Positions 37,360 to 50,214 of a DNA stretch of 64,000 nt are shown piece by piece; position 1 is the stretch's first letter, and each line of letters starts with the position of its first letter. A program made the translations under genes and the position numbers. Under the pieces are notes generated by a model. That model made no database searches and was not told the origin of the DNA. It saw nothing but the letters and a program-made list of their open reading frames with translations. The stretch is taken from assembly GCF_004010195.1 (NCBI RefSeq), contig NC_057749.1, positions 7,939,901 through 8,003,900 of the forward strand, given 5' to 3'. The DNA comes from Chiloscyllium plagiosum. Lineage: Eukaryota.

Positions 37360-38092
37360 GGGCTAATGGTAAGATTCTTGGTAGTGTAGATGAGCAGAGA
37401 GATCTTGGTGTCCAGGTACACAGATCCTTGAAAGTTGCCACCCAGGTTGACAGGGTTGTTAAGAAGGCATACAGTGTTTTAGCTTTTATTAATAGAGGGA
37501 TCGAGTTCCAGAACCATGAGGTTATGCTACAGCTGTAAAAAACTCTGGTGCGGCCGCACATGGAGTATTGTGAACAGTTCTGGTCACCGCATTATAAGAA
37601 GGATGTGGAAGCTTTGGAAAGGGTGCAGAGGAAATTTACTGGGATGTTGCCTGGTATGGAAGTAAGGTTTTACAAGGAAAGGCTGAGGGACTTGAGGCCG
37701 TTTTTGTTGGAGAGACGAAGGTTGAGAGGTGACTTAATAGAGACATATAAGATAATCAGAGGGTTAGATAGGGTGGACAGGGAGAGCCTTTTTCCAAGTA
37801 TGGTGACGGCGAGCACGAGGGGGTATAGCTTTAAATTGAGGGGTGATAGATATAGGACAGATGTCAGAGGTAGTTTCTTTACTCAGAGAGTAGTAAGGGC
37901 ATGGAATGCTTTGCCTGCAACAGTAGTAGATTCGCCAACTTTAAGTGCATTTAAGTCGTCATTGGACAAGCATATGAATGTACATGGAATAGTGTAGGTT
38001 AGATGGGCTTCAGATTGGTATGACAGGTCGGCGCAACAGCGAGGGCCGAAGGGCCTGTACTGCGCTGTAATGTTCTATGTTCTACGTTCTAT
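37360..38092 (+). mobile_element. CR1 LINE 3' portion
   Basis: ORF 37548-37997 RPHMEYCEQFWSPHYKKDVEALERVQRKFT...RLRGDLIETYKI...FFTQRVVRAWNALP; (GTTCTAT)n tail. Confidence 0.92.
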
Positions 38093-38704
38093 ATCTCTGA
38101 AGTATCATGCAGTACTGGTATTATCATTGCATTATTAGATGTTTTGATCATTTTACACTTTTATGATGTTCTATGACTCTACATTATCCAGTTTCTGGTG
38201 CAGGCTTCATTGTTGGAGGTGCAGGCAAGACGGTCATTGCACGGGGGAACAGAAAGCGCTGCCAGATCTGAATAGAATGGAATCTCAGACTCAAGGCCAA
38301 GATAAGGTTAAATGATGGAGAATGGTCAAGTATGACCATCGAGCACCAACATACTTTTATTTATATTCAATATATTTTGCCTTAAACGTGTTTGAGTGGT
38401 GTTAGTTCTGGATGGCTATTAGAACACCCATATTTCTCTCAATGGGACGTGAATCTGTGCAATTTACTATCCCAGAGTGCAATGGTACACCTAATAAATT
38501 TAAGGAAGAGATGGACAGATTTTTAATTAGTAAAGGGTTGAAGGATTATGGGGAGGAAAGTGGAATTGAGGCTGAGATGAGATCATTCAAGATCATATCA
38601 AATGGTGGTGTGGGCTCTAGGAGCTGAATTCCTTACTTCTGCGCTTGGGGTTCTGATATTCTCATATTCTTTACCCCAGTCCAGAAACCCAGATAAGTTC
38701 TTCT

Positions 38705-39310
38705 TAATTGCAAAAATGTACTTTATTCATCAAAAGATTGTCTATAAGTACATATAAGTAGTTCATAATCTGTTTCATACAATGTTTGTTGGGTGAGAGA
38801 AGAAACATAAACAACATACTGGAGTGTCATCCCCCACAGAGCTACCATGCAGTTGTAAACACAAAGGCAATTTTAACTCATGCAGGGAACGTAATTTACA
38901 TACAGTTTGAGGCAGCAGGGGTGGGGTGGTGGGGAGAGGGTGGGGTGGTTTGGGTTGGGGGGATGAGGGGTGATTGGTGTCTGACAATGGAATGGATGCC
39001 TGATATCCTTTGCCAAAAAGACCTAAGTCGGTGGTCTTTTCCCATTGTGTCTTAGCGGCATTTGCTCCTAAACTTTAGTATGTCCCTCAGCACATAATCC
39101 TGGTTCTTGGAATGTGCCAGTCTGCACTACTCAGTTGAGGTCAACTCTCTGCACTGGAAGACCAACAGGTTTTGGGCAGACCGGCAAGCGTCTTTCACCG
39201 AATTGATGGTCCTCCAGGTGCAGTCCACGTTTGTCTCAATGTGCGTCACTGGGAACAGCCCATCGAGCACACAGAGTTGTGTCACAGAGATGCTAAAGAT
39301 GAACAAATCT
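38705..39310 (-). mobile_element. Tx1/L1-clade LINE ORF2 C-terminus and 3' UTR
   Basis: Manual minus translation VLDGLFPVTHIETNVDCTWRTINSVKDA...NLLVFQCRELTSTE*CRLAHSKNQDYVLRD; aataaa on the minus strand near 38725. Confidence 0.65.
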
Positions 39311-39749
39311 GGATGAGTTGTAATGCCCAGATAAGCAGCAGAATCGTTTTACCTACTTGTCTAGAATATGTCACAGCAGGATTTTGTTTAGTGCCTTTAG
39401 ACTTGAACTAGCAATTTGTTTTAATGATAAATAGATGAAAAAGCAAATGAGGACCCATAATTTAACCAATATATTTACAAGTTGTATTAAACTGCTGTTT
39501 TCCCAAAATATAAACCAAAAATGCTTTGTTGTTCTAAACTAATAATTTTGAATTGTGCAGCTTGGTACCTCCTCCAAGCTATCTGTTTGAAAACTTGGCA
39601 CATTGCCTTGCCAAAATTTGCATGAATTTAAGCCAGGGGCTTGGCTTTGAATGTAGATCATTTTGAATATACAGATTTTGATTGAATGAAAGCAGTCATA
39701 CAGAATTTTCTAAACTGAAATAAAAGGTGATTAATTTTTATTGTGTTGG

Positions 39750-39985
39750 CTGGCAAGTCCAAAACCAGGGGTCACAGTCTAAGGACGCGGGATTGGTCAT
39801 TTAGAACTGAGATAGAGTGAAATTTCTTCCCCCAGAGAGTGGGAAGCCTGTGGAATTCTCTCCCACAGAAAGCGATTGAGGCCAAATCATTGAATGTTTT
39901 CAAGGAGGACTTAGATACAGTTGTTAGGGCCAAAGGGATCAAAACATATGGGGAGAAAGTGTGAAGAGGGGACTGAGTTGGACAA
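39750..39985 (+). mobile_element. CR1 3' fragment
   Basis: aaaccaggggtcacagtctaagg...aatttcttcccccagagagtgggaagcctgtggaattctct. Confidence 0.75.
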
Positions 39986-39987
39986 CA

Positions 39988-40337
39988 AAATGAATAAGTG
40001 ATTTAATTATCACATCTATTTGGGAAAATATAGTGAAAAGTGTTTTGTAGCCACAATCCAGTGCCATTTTTATTACAACATCAATAAAAAGGAATTACTT
40101 AAATAGAGCTTCATCTTCTATTCAGTTGACTGGAAAATATGAAGGCAGAAAGGCAAGACACAATGTTTAACTTTACACTACCGTTTGTCAAGGACAGCAC
40201 TGGGTTTTCTTAAGGTCTTTGGGGTTTCTGTGAGATGTTCTGGTCTCTGGGTCTTAATGAGTCCCCATTCTGGGTCCAGACGATGCCCCGGGAGTCCTCA
40301 GCTTCACTTGGTGACATCAGCAGGATCAGCCATATTG
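39988..40337 (-). mobile_element. Short array-free copy of the AAGATGGC / Rex1-tail retroposon
   Basis: Minus strand starts caatatggctga and ends acttttcactatatt...gtgataattaaatcac; it splits a CR1 3' end that resumes at about 40340. Confidence 0.45.
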
Positions 40338-40769
40338 AGTGACACAGCAGACTCGATGGGCCAAATGGCCTACTCCTCCTCATATTTTCGATGTTGTTAT
40401 GTTTCCCCTCCACTGAAACAATAAATATTTAATAGGCAATTCAATTTGGAAAATGGTTGAAGATGCATGAGCAGATTCCACCAGCAATAAGATACAAAGT
40501 GGAATAGACTGACGATTTCTTCGAAATATTTGTTCACAGATGTGGTGAAGGCAATATCTGTTGCTTTTGAGAAAGTAGTGGCGAACTGCCTCCTTGAACC
40601 CTTGCAGTCCATAAAGTGCTGATACATCCAGACTATTGTTAGGAAGGAAACAATATAATTCCAAATCTGACTTAACTGATGGCTCAGAGTAAAGTGGAGT
40701 CATAGAGATGACCACAGCACCATGGAACTCCTTACCACAAATTGCCGCTGAGGCATAGACTGGCACTGG

Positions 40770-41190
40770 AGGTTGATCCTAGGTATTGAAGGATTGTGTT
40801 ACGAGCAGACATTGAACTCATTGGAGTTTAGGAGAATGAGAGAAAACACCTTTTGAAACATATTAGTGGGGACTTGAAAGGATAGATACAGAGAAGATGT
40901 TTCCCATTGTCGGAAAGTCTAGGACCAGAGAACATAATTTCCAAGTAAGGCAACACCTATTCCATACAGAGATGACGAATCCCATCTCTCCAACGGTTAT
41001 GAATCTGTGGAATGTTTTACTGCAGAAGCTGTTGAGGTTGCATCATTAAGCATGGTTCAGGCTGAGATTTTAAATCAGTAAAAGAATGATGGGTTATGTG
41101 GACAAAGCAGTGAAATGCAGTTGAGGATTATCAAATTCGCCCTGGTCTCGTTGAATGGTGGAGCAGACTCGATGGACCGAATGGTATACT
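40770..41190 (+). mobile_element. Old CR1 3' fragment
   Basis: ggagtttaggagaatgagag...gaaacatat...gaatggtggagcagactcgatggaccgaatgg. Confidence 0.7.
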
Positions 41191-41191
41191 T

Positions 41192-41730
41192 AGAGTCATA
41201 GAGTCATAGAGATGTACAGCACGGAAACAGACCCTTCGGTCCAAACCGTCCTCGCCGACCAGATATCCCAACCCAATCTAGTCCCACCTGCCAGCACCTG
41301 GCCCATATCCCTCCAAACCCTTCCTATTCATATACCCATCCAGATGCCTTTTAAATGTTGCAATTATACTAGCCTCCACCACTTCCTCTGGCAGCTCATT
41401 CCATACACATGCCACCCTCTGTGTGAAAAAGTTGCCTGTTAGGTCTCTTTTATATCTTTCCCCTCTCACCCTAAATCTATGCCCTCTAGCTCTGGACTCC
41501 CACACCCCAGGGAAAAGACTTTGTTTATTTATCCTATCCATGCCCCTCTTGATTTTATAAACTTCTATTAGATCACACTTCAACCTCCAACACTCCAGGG
41601 AAAACAGCCCGAGCCTATTCAACCTCTCCCTGTAGCTCAAATCCTCCAACCCTGGCAACATCCTTGTAAATCTTTTCTGAACCCTTTTAAGTTTCACAAC
41701 ATCTTTCCGATAGGAAGGTGACCAGAATTG
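41192..41730 (-). mobile_element. CR1/HER1 3' portion
   Basis: Minus ORF QFWSPSYRKDVVKLKRVQKRFTRMLPGLEDLSYRERL...WNELPEEVVEA; (AGAGTCAT)n tail. Confidence 0.92.
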
Positions 41731-42651
41731 CTGATTATATGGTCTTAAGGTCAGTGTCCATTTGAAAGAGAAGTGGATAAATACTTGAAAGGAAAAGACA
41801 GAAATGGATGTACATAAAGAACAAGGAAATGGTATTAGGAAAGGGATTGGAATCGACACCTCAAGTAGTAAACCTGACACTGGTACAGGCGTGATTATCT
41901 GAAAAGCCATGTTTTCTCCTCTTGTTTCAATAACGCTGGTCGTTGGTTCCATCATCTTCTGCAATAAATCAGAGTAATTTGAAATGTGTTACAAGCAAGA
42001 AAACTACACTGACCCAAATTGCTCCCAGACCATAAGCAGCATCTTTTCCAACATTCTCTGAAATCCAATCTAATTGTCAATGTAAGTGAACAGATTTATG
42101 CATGTAAATATCTTCACAGCGTGCTTTTGCAGAATGTTAATTTTACAGTACTGGCTTGGCAATTTATCTTTAAATGAGGTGCCCAGAACACAATGGATCA
42201 TTGTTCCGGATTTGCCTGTTCACGTACTCGATTTGTGATTTACAAATGGTCTCTCCGACTGTTCCTAACTATTGCATCAAAGCTGTAATCAAAAGCAACA
42301 ATCAATATATCTCACTGCCAGAGATTTTTCCCAGATAAGTGCAGTTGCTGATTAACTCCAATCACCTTCACTCATACTGCACAAGGCATCAAAGATAATA
42401 ATGCATGGAATAATTAAGGTGATTTTTTTTTTACAAAAAAGAAAGGCTTTGTGATTTTTTTATTCCTTTTCTTTCAAATTTCACATCACAATAAATCCCA
42501 GAAATAAAATGCTCTATTTTATGGGCTTCTGCATTAGCATTGAACTCAAAACTCAAATGTATACTAAACATGACTCAATCCAAAGATACTCAGAATACTG
42601 TGGAAGTGCTGCACTGTCTCTCATGTGAGATGTTGAACTGACCCCAGTCAG

Positions 42652-42772
42652 GAGGACTAAGTGAGGACTGCAGATGCTGGAGGTCAGAGTCAAGAGTGTG
42701 GTGCTGGAAATGCACAGCAGGTCAGGCAGCATCTGAGGAGCAGGAGAATCAATGTTTTGGGCATAAGCCCTT
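42652..42772 (-). mobile_element. Single-arm PLE terminal repeat with 8-bp TSD
   Basis: TSD ccagtcag at 42644-42651 and 42773-42780; arm ends at gggcataagccctt. Confidence 0.8.
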
Positions 42773-42809
42773 CCAGTCAGTCTTGTCAGACACATGCAAA
42801 TGATTACAA

Positions 42810-43378
42810 GTCATGCACTTGCCTTTATTGGTCAGTGGACTGAGTATAGGAGTTGGGAGGTCATATTGCAGCAGTACAGGACTGTTCTCCCTGCTATAGG
42901 AAAGATGTTAAACTTGAAAGGGTGCACAAAAGATTTACAAAGATGTTGCTGGAGTTGGAGCTATATGGAGAGGCTGAATAGGCTAGGGCTATTTTCCCTG
43001 AAGCATCAGAGGGGTGACCTTATCGAAGTATATAAAATCATGAGGGGCATGCATATGTAGCCAAGGTCTTTTTTCCCATGGCAGGGGAGTCTAAAGCTAG
43101 AGGGCACTGACAAAAGGGGATAGATTTAAAAAGACCTGAAGGGAACTTTTTCATGCAGAGGGTGGTACGCGTATGGAATGAGCTGTCGGAGGAAGTAGTG
43201 GAGGCTGATACATTTTCAACATTTAAAAGCCATCTGGATGGGTACATGAATGAGAAGAGTTTAGAGGGACATGGGCCAAAAGCTGATAAATGGGACCAGG
43301 TTAATTTAGGATACCTGATCGATATGGATGAGTTAGACCGAAGATTCTATTTCTGTGTTGTACATCTCTCTGACTCTC
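42810..43378 (+). mobile_element. CR1 3' portion
   Basis: ORFs ERLNRLGLFSL..RGDLIEVYKIMRG and QRVVRVWNELSEEVVEA. Confidence 0.85.
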
Positions 43379-44327
43379 GCTCTGTAGTGGAGTCCTCTTG
43401 GTTAGTTTAGTTGGTTGGATTTGCAATGCAGACTAATGCCAACATTGTGGGTTCAATTCCCTCACTGGCTGAGGTTACGATGAAGGATTTTTTTTTCTCA
43501 ACCTCTCCCTTCACCTGAGGGATGGTAACCCTTTGCTGAACCTGCCATGTGTCATGTCTCTTCCTCTCTAATGCGAGAGCAGCCCTATGATCAGGTAAGG
43601 CTATGGCAACTTTACATACCAAACTCACGGCATTAACTCTGTTTCTCTCTCCGCACATGCTATCAAACCTGCTCAATTTTTTTTTGAGGTCTCCAGCATC
43701 CACAATATTTTGCTTTTATTAAAGATTCCAAGTCACTGTTTCAAAGGACAGGTAGTCTACCTCAAATCTGTTGGAGAAACATTGTTCCTCACCTAACTCA
43801 ATCAAACCAGGTCACCTGGTTGGAATGAAATTCCAGGTAGCAGAATTTGGCTGGTAAAGTTCCCGAAGAATGACAGTAACTCCCCTTCAAAATTGTTTCA
43901 TTGCTTTGAATGACCTGAGCCCATGGTATGAGTGTATGTTTTGTCTTTATACAATAGGACATGTGTGGATTTCCCTGTTTAGTTTACATGCTCCTGTCAC
44001 ACCTCAGATGCCACACACAGGGAGGTAACAGTCTTGTGGTATTATTACTGGACTGTTTATCTCAAGGCCCAACGTTCTGGGGGATCAAATTCAAATCCTG
44101 CTAGGGCAGTTGGTGGAATTTGAATTCAACAAAATAAGAGTCTAATGATAAATCCATTGCTATTTGTTGGGGAAAAGCCATCTGGTTCACCAATGCCCTT
44201 CAGGGAAGGAAACTGCCATCCAGACCCATATAAATGGGGCTGGCTCTCAACTGCCCTCTGGGCAAATGGGAATGGCCAATAAATGCTGGCCTAGCCAGCC
44301 AAATTGCAGTTTCCTGAAACTAGCTTA

Positions 44328-44516
44328 GAGACAAAAAAACTGCAGATGCTGGAATCTAAAATAGACAGGCAGAAAGCTGGAAGAACACAGCAGGCCAGGC
44401 AGCATCAGGAGGTGGAGAAGTCAGTATTTCGGGTGTAACTGAAGAAGGGTTACATCCAAAACATCGACTTCTCCACCTCCCGATGCTGCCTGGCTTGCTG
44501 TGTTCTTCCAGCCTCC
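44328..44516. mobile_element. PLE fold-back element (GGGT-TAC stem family)
   Basis: gctggaagaacacagcaggccaggcagcatc is mirrored by gatgctgcctggcttgctgtgttcttccagc; CTGAAGA-A-GGGT-TAC-ATCC-AAAA-CATC at 44439-44465. Confidence 0.8.
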
Positions 44517-46270
44517 TTCCCTCAACTAGTTACCTTACTTGCCTGCCAGATAGACAGGTATTTGGGTTAGTAGTGACCGGAGGCCCTTAAGTGGCTATTA
44601 GTTGACAATTATAGGCCATAATTGATGATGGGTTGAGAAAGTCCCAAATGGAGCTTTGTCATCCAGCATTTAATTAATAGATTAGGTGATGAGAAAGGAG
44701 ATGGTGAGTATCTCAAATTTTCCCAATTTGTTCCCTCTGCTTGCCACCTCCCGTGAGGTGAAAATTCTACCTGTTGAGCATTAGTTCATAGGAAAGCACA
44801 ACCTGGAACTATTTATGCTGATACACAAAAAGCCTCTTCTGCTTTGGCACACAGAATGCTACTTATTTGTTTAAAAAATAGTCTTGTGTAAGTTACTGCG
44901 AAAATGAAAGATTGGAAAAATGTAAATATTTTGTTAAGTATCGGCCAAGCACATTTAACTTGTCACTCTGAAGAGATGGCATTCTGTTTAATGTGTCATC
45001 TCAGTTCTGAGACTCATCATTTCTTAATGATGTACCACACAATGCCAGCTGCAACACAGCTGCAGTTTCAGATCCTGCAGGCTCCAATTTCACTACATCA
45101 CACACTGTATTTGACTGCAATGGGGATAATTCACTTCAGGTAGTCTCAAGAAAGGAAGCAAAGCACAGGCAACCACTGAAAGCAATATTTCTACAAATGT
45201 GAGGACATTTGTATTTCTCTTCAAAGTCATGCTTGGGAACTAACATTGAGTCATTGCAATTCCAGTCTCAAAGTTTGGTCTCTATCCACAGTCCGTGAGA
45301 TTCTGCAGTACAGGTCTGGGAAATTGGGCTTATGATAGGATTCCTTTCTAGTGAAATGGTCATTCGGGCTAGTATTCAAGCTTTCACATTAATCGGAGCA
45401 CAAATTGTGAATCGTTAGCTCTTCCCATCTCTCCCACATTCCCAATATCCCACTGCATTCTCCTGACAAAGAGGGCAGGAAATGAGCTGATGCCCAGTCT
45501 CTGGCTTGGTGCTTGCTTGGTCCCCACTAAATATTTAACCCTTCCTGCTGGGGTAACAGATTTACCTCCTTTTGTTGTCACTTTCTGTTGAGTGAGCTCA
45601 CTTTGGGTTGGTTGAAACAGGACATTCATATCATAATATTGTGAAGACCTTTAGAAATAGGAACAGGTGCAGGCCATTTGGCTCCGCAAGCCTGCCCCAA
45701 CATTCAATTGGATCATGGCTGATCCAGCATTCCTCGGGTTCACGTTCCCGTGTTTTCCCCATAGCCCTTTGATTCCCGACTGATCAAGGATCGAGCTTAT
45801 GCTCGAAACATCGACTCTCCTGTTCCTCAGATGCTGCCTGACCAGCTGTGCTTTTCCATCACCACACTTTCTTGACAAGAATCCACATTTACTCATCTAG
45901 TTATATTGGGCAAGTGCAATAGCTTGAGCTGTTTAAATTTGGTCCAGGTTTAATGGTGGACTGGCATTTAATCATTCCTGCCTTCCACACAAACATAGAA
46001 CTTTAATTTTGCTTGTCCTCCATACTTCTCTGTTTCTCTACTTGTTTTAAAACTATCTCCCTGAGCTCCAATGACGAGTCATCTCAACTCGAAACATTAG
46101 CCAGCTCTCTCTCCATGAATGCTGTCTGACCTACTGTGATCTCCAGCATGTTTTTGTTTTCCGTACAGATTTCATCATCTGCAGTAGTTTATTCCCCAAT
46201 TCAGTGCTGTTGTCAACTATAGTTTTGATTAAAGCATCATTTTTTTTAAATTGGTGTCTGTGAAGCAGTC

Positions 46271-46361
46271 GCTTAAAAATGTGTTGCTGGAAAAGCGCAG
46301 CAGGTCAGGCAGCATCAAAGGAGAAGGAGAATCGACATTTCGGGCATAAGCCCTTCTTCAG
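46271..46361 (-). mobile_element. Single-arm PLE terminal repeat with 9-bp TSD and hammerhead core (46334-46361)
   Basis: TSD gaagcagtc at 46262-46270 and 46362-46370; minus strand CTGAAGA-A-GGGC-TTAT-GCCC-GAAA-TG-TC. Confidence 0.85.
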
Positions 46362-46691
46362 GAAGCAGTCCTCAATGTCACCACAGTAAAGTAACAACAT
46401 GAATAGAACCTTAGGAACTGTATTCCTGTTCAACATTAAATTGTTACTAATTATCTTGAAGCAGCACATGACACAAAATTCATAATCGGAGGACAAAACA
46501 TCGTGGGGGGGGCGAGCATCCAATAAGTCTGTTGAAGATAAGTAACTCATCCATTGTTCCACTCTCTCAAGAAAGGCAGACCACAGTTAGTGGTTAAACC
46601 TGAGGGTCACCATACCTCAGGCAAGGAGAGAGATTGAGAATGAGAGTCCTTCATGGTAACCTCAGCTGATGCAGGCATCAAAACCCTATTC

Positions 46692-46719
46692 CTGATGAAG
46701 GGCTTTTGTCCGAAACGTC
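46692..46719 (+). ncRNA. Minimal type-I hammerhead core in a PLE arm (about 46688-46782)
   Basis: CTGATGA-A-GGGC-TTTT-GTCC-GAAA-CG-TC. Confidence 0.75.
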
Positions 46720-47988
46720 GATTTCGAAGCTCCTTGGATGCTGCCTGAACTGCTGTGCTCTTCCAGCACCACTGATCCAGATCCTACCAGATATCCAGCC
46801 AACTGACCCCAAATGTTGAAGGTACAGATACAGGGAGCTCATATTAAGTAATGGTAATAACAGTTTGTTTTCAGGGTCTGACAAATGCAAAGAGATTTGC
46901 TGAAAGCTGACTGATTGCAGCTGTGCCAACTGAGCAAGAAGCTTTAATGTGGAGAAAGGGTGACTTTACACTGAGGTTTGAGTGCAATAGGTTTTGGTAA
47001 ACGACGAATCTTTCTGTCTGATGTTTATAATGAGTTCTTTCAATTTTTCTTGCCAATGCGACATAGTTTGTGTGTTACTTTTGTGTAATCATTTTTAATG
47101 TTCTTTTGCTACAAGTATATTGGCAGTCTCTTGTGAATTTGTTCAGTGACTGAACACCATAAAACCGCAAAAAAATATTCAAACTTATGGTCTATCAAGC
47201 CAACCTTCACTCTGGGATCTGATTTGTCCAGTATTACCATTAGCTGGGGATCACTACACGAAGTAGTGACTGTCAGGCAACCACGAGCTGAATTTATAAA
47301 AAGTATTTTTTTTCTCACAGTTCCTGTCTCAGTTCATCTTCAAACCTTAAATATGATTTGAAGCTCTTGAACCTTCTCGGTACTGACACGAACAAAATGT
47401 TTATATGGGTTCTCCGCTTATGTAATGATTTGACCAACGTGTTGTAAAATCTGAATTATATTGGAAAATAAAATCCAAAACTATTAAAATTCTCAGCAAG
47501 GGTTTGTCCTCTGTGCATGGTCTGGACCAATGTGTGTTCTATTCCCCAGCTGCCTAACACAGTCACAAGCACATTAATTGATTATTAAAGACTGTGCTGC
47601 ATTTTAAATATTAATTGATTATGATTGATTAATCAGCACAGGCTTAATTAGCACCCTGCTGCATTGTTCCTCCTCTCCTCTGCTAGATAAGATTGTGTTT
47701 TCTGAAAGTTCCAGCTAATAGGTTCCAAGGATTGGCCTTTCCGTACAGATAGTTAAGAACAGCTAACATTTCTACAATCTGATCAATAGACACTACAGTT
47801 CAGTCAGTGCACATCAGCAAATCTGCCATGTGATTTTGAAAATTGAAGTTTTTTTTCTTGAAATTGAGAAGCCAATCACGACCAATTTTTACATACAATA
47901 GAGGAGAATATAAGGCGGGAGCAAATGCATTTCTTTACATTGCTCCCTGCACATCTCCAGGATAACTACAATGGGTTCCACAACAATA

Positions 47989-48184
47989 CAGTCAGCTCTT
48001 CTATAACGTGCGCTCTTGTGCAACTCCATATTACAGAAAAATCATGCTTTAGAAACAATGTTTAAAGTGTTGGCTCTATAATCGCGTTACAGTCAACACA
48101 TATTCTAAAACAGCATCCTCAATTTGTCAATCACTTTACAGTGAATTCGCGTTGACGAAGCATGTGTTATAGCAGAATGACCTG
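47989..48184. mobile_element. Tc1/mariner-pogo-type MITE related to 11767-11924
   Basis: TA flanks; ends cagtcagctcttctataac and gttatagcagaatgacctg. Confidence 0.7.
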
Positions 48185-48744
48185 TACCTTACTTTTAATG
48201 CATTAGTTTTGTAGGACTATGCTGCTGCAAAACTGTACATCCCCTAGACCTACAAATAGGGGATGAGCTGCAGGCTGGACACACTCTTTCATGGGACACC
48301 GAAGATGGTGCCTTGATACACAATGTGTGCCATCTACATGATGCAGTCCAGGAACTCGCCAAGACCCATTGGCCAGAATCTTCCAAGCACATGACCTCAA
48401 GCACCTGGAAAGACAAAGGCAGCAAGCGCTTGGGAAAATCAGCACTACACATGCCCCTCCAAAATCCTGACCTGGAAATATATGGCCATTCCTTCACTGC
48501 TGCAGGGAGAAAATCCTGGAATCTCACCTCCATTACCCTAACTGTACTATGGAAGTATCTGCATAAGATGGACAACAGCAGTTCAAGAAAGATTGCCAGC
48601 ATCTTCTCATGGGCTATTAGAAATAGGAAATAAATTCTGGCCTTCCCCACAATGCACACATACTACGATTGAAGGAGAAATGTCCGATTTGCTATCTGAA
48701 TGGTGGTACATCAACACTCCCTTAGACCTGGGGTGGAACTATGG

Positions 48745-48958
48745 CACTATTTCCCCATGTCGTGTTTGTTTCCTCCCCTGCTCCAAAAATTGCACAGGTA
48801 AGGTGGATTGGTCATGCTAAATTGCCCATAATGTCCAGGGTGACACATTAGCCATGGAAAATGCAGGGGTAGGGGATTGGTCTGAGCAGGATGCTCTTTG
48901 GAGAGTTAGTGTATACTTGGTGGCCAAATGGCCTGCTTCCACACAGTAGGGATTATGT
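48745..48958 (+). mobile_element. HE1 SINE 3' part
   Basis: ggtggattggtcatgctaaattgccc...ggcctgcttccacacagtagggatt. Confidence 0.75.
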
Positions 48959-49049
48959 GAACTCCACTGTAGTGTCAGCCTAGACTGTATCCTTACGTCC
49001 TCAACTGGGAGTTGAAGCTTCTTAGTCAGAATTGAGAATTCTACACAAA

Positions 49050-49552
49050 TGTGAAACTTGAAAGGGTTCAGAAAAGATTTACAAGGATGTTGCCAGGGTT
49101 CGAGGATCTGAGCTACAGGGAGAGGCTGAACAGGCTGGGGCTGTTTTCCCTGGAGCGTCGGAGGCTGAGGGGTGACCTTATAGAGGTTTACAAAATTATG
49201 AGGCATATGGATAGGATAAATAGACAAAATCTTTTCCCTGGGGTTGGGGAGTCCAGAACTAGAGGGCATAGGTTTAGGGTGAGAGGGGAAAGATATAAAA
49301 GAGACCTAAGGGGCAACTTTTTCACATGTGGTACATCTATGGAATGAGCTGCCAGAGGATGTGGTGGAGGCTGGTACAATTGCAACATTTAAGAGGCATT
49401 TGGATGGGTATATGAATAGGAAGAGTTTGGAGGGATATGAGCCAGGTGCTGGCAGGTGGGACTAGATTGGGTTGGGATATCTGGTCGGCATGGACGGGTT
49501 GGACTGAAGGGTCTGTTTCCATGCTGTACATCTCTATGACTCTATGGCTCTA
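49050..49552 (+). mobile_element. CR1/HER1 3' portion
   Basis: KLERVQKRFTRMLPGFEDLSYRERLNRLGLFSLERRRLRGDLIEVYKIM; ctctatgactctatg tail. Confidence 0.93.
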
Positions 49553-50214
49553 TGTGCACATGATAAGACAAGATGACAAGGTGATGTGACACTTGGCTTT
49601 TCGAAAGTTAAAGATTGTTGTCAACAGAGTTGACTGGGAGGGTTAAAAATTCTTAACATTTCTAATATGTTGCAAAAGATTAATTAGCGTAGGAGGAAGT
49701 GAAAAGTGTGTTATGTGAGGGTGCCAAAGATGTTCTAATCCATCACCTGCCAAGTTTGCAAGAAAGCTGCAGTGTGAGAACTAAAATGCAGTTGTATATA
49801 TTATATATAATACACACAGAGAGAAGTACATTTTATCCCTTTACATTTGGTATTTATAAATTGGAATAATAAGCAATTTGATTTGAAATGACCACCTTGA
49901 ATCAAATACGTAGTTTCCAGAAATGAGTTTCTGAGTTAGTTCTATTAACTATTCACTTTTACTTCACTGGACTGCAAAAGTTCAAGTATCTGTGTTTATA
50001 GGGTATTTGCTGGGCTCAAAATTTAGGCAATTATACCAGAGGGAGTTTAGCTTCTTGCATTGAGCTGTTGTGAAAATAAAGCAAATTATTGATAAAGGTG
50101 AAGTAAGTGACTTATTTAAGAGTCATAGAGCTGTACAGGAAGGACACAGACCCTTTGGTCCAACTCTTCCATGCCTCTAAGTTTCCTGAACTAAACTAGT
50201 CCTGTTTGCCAGTA

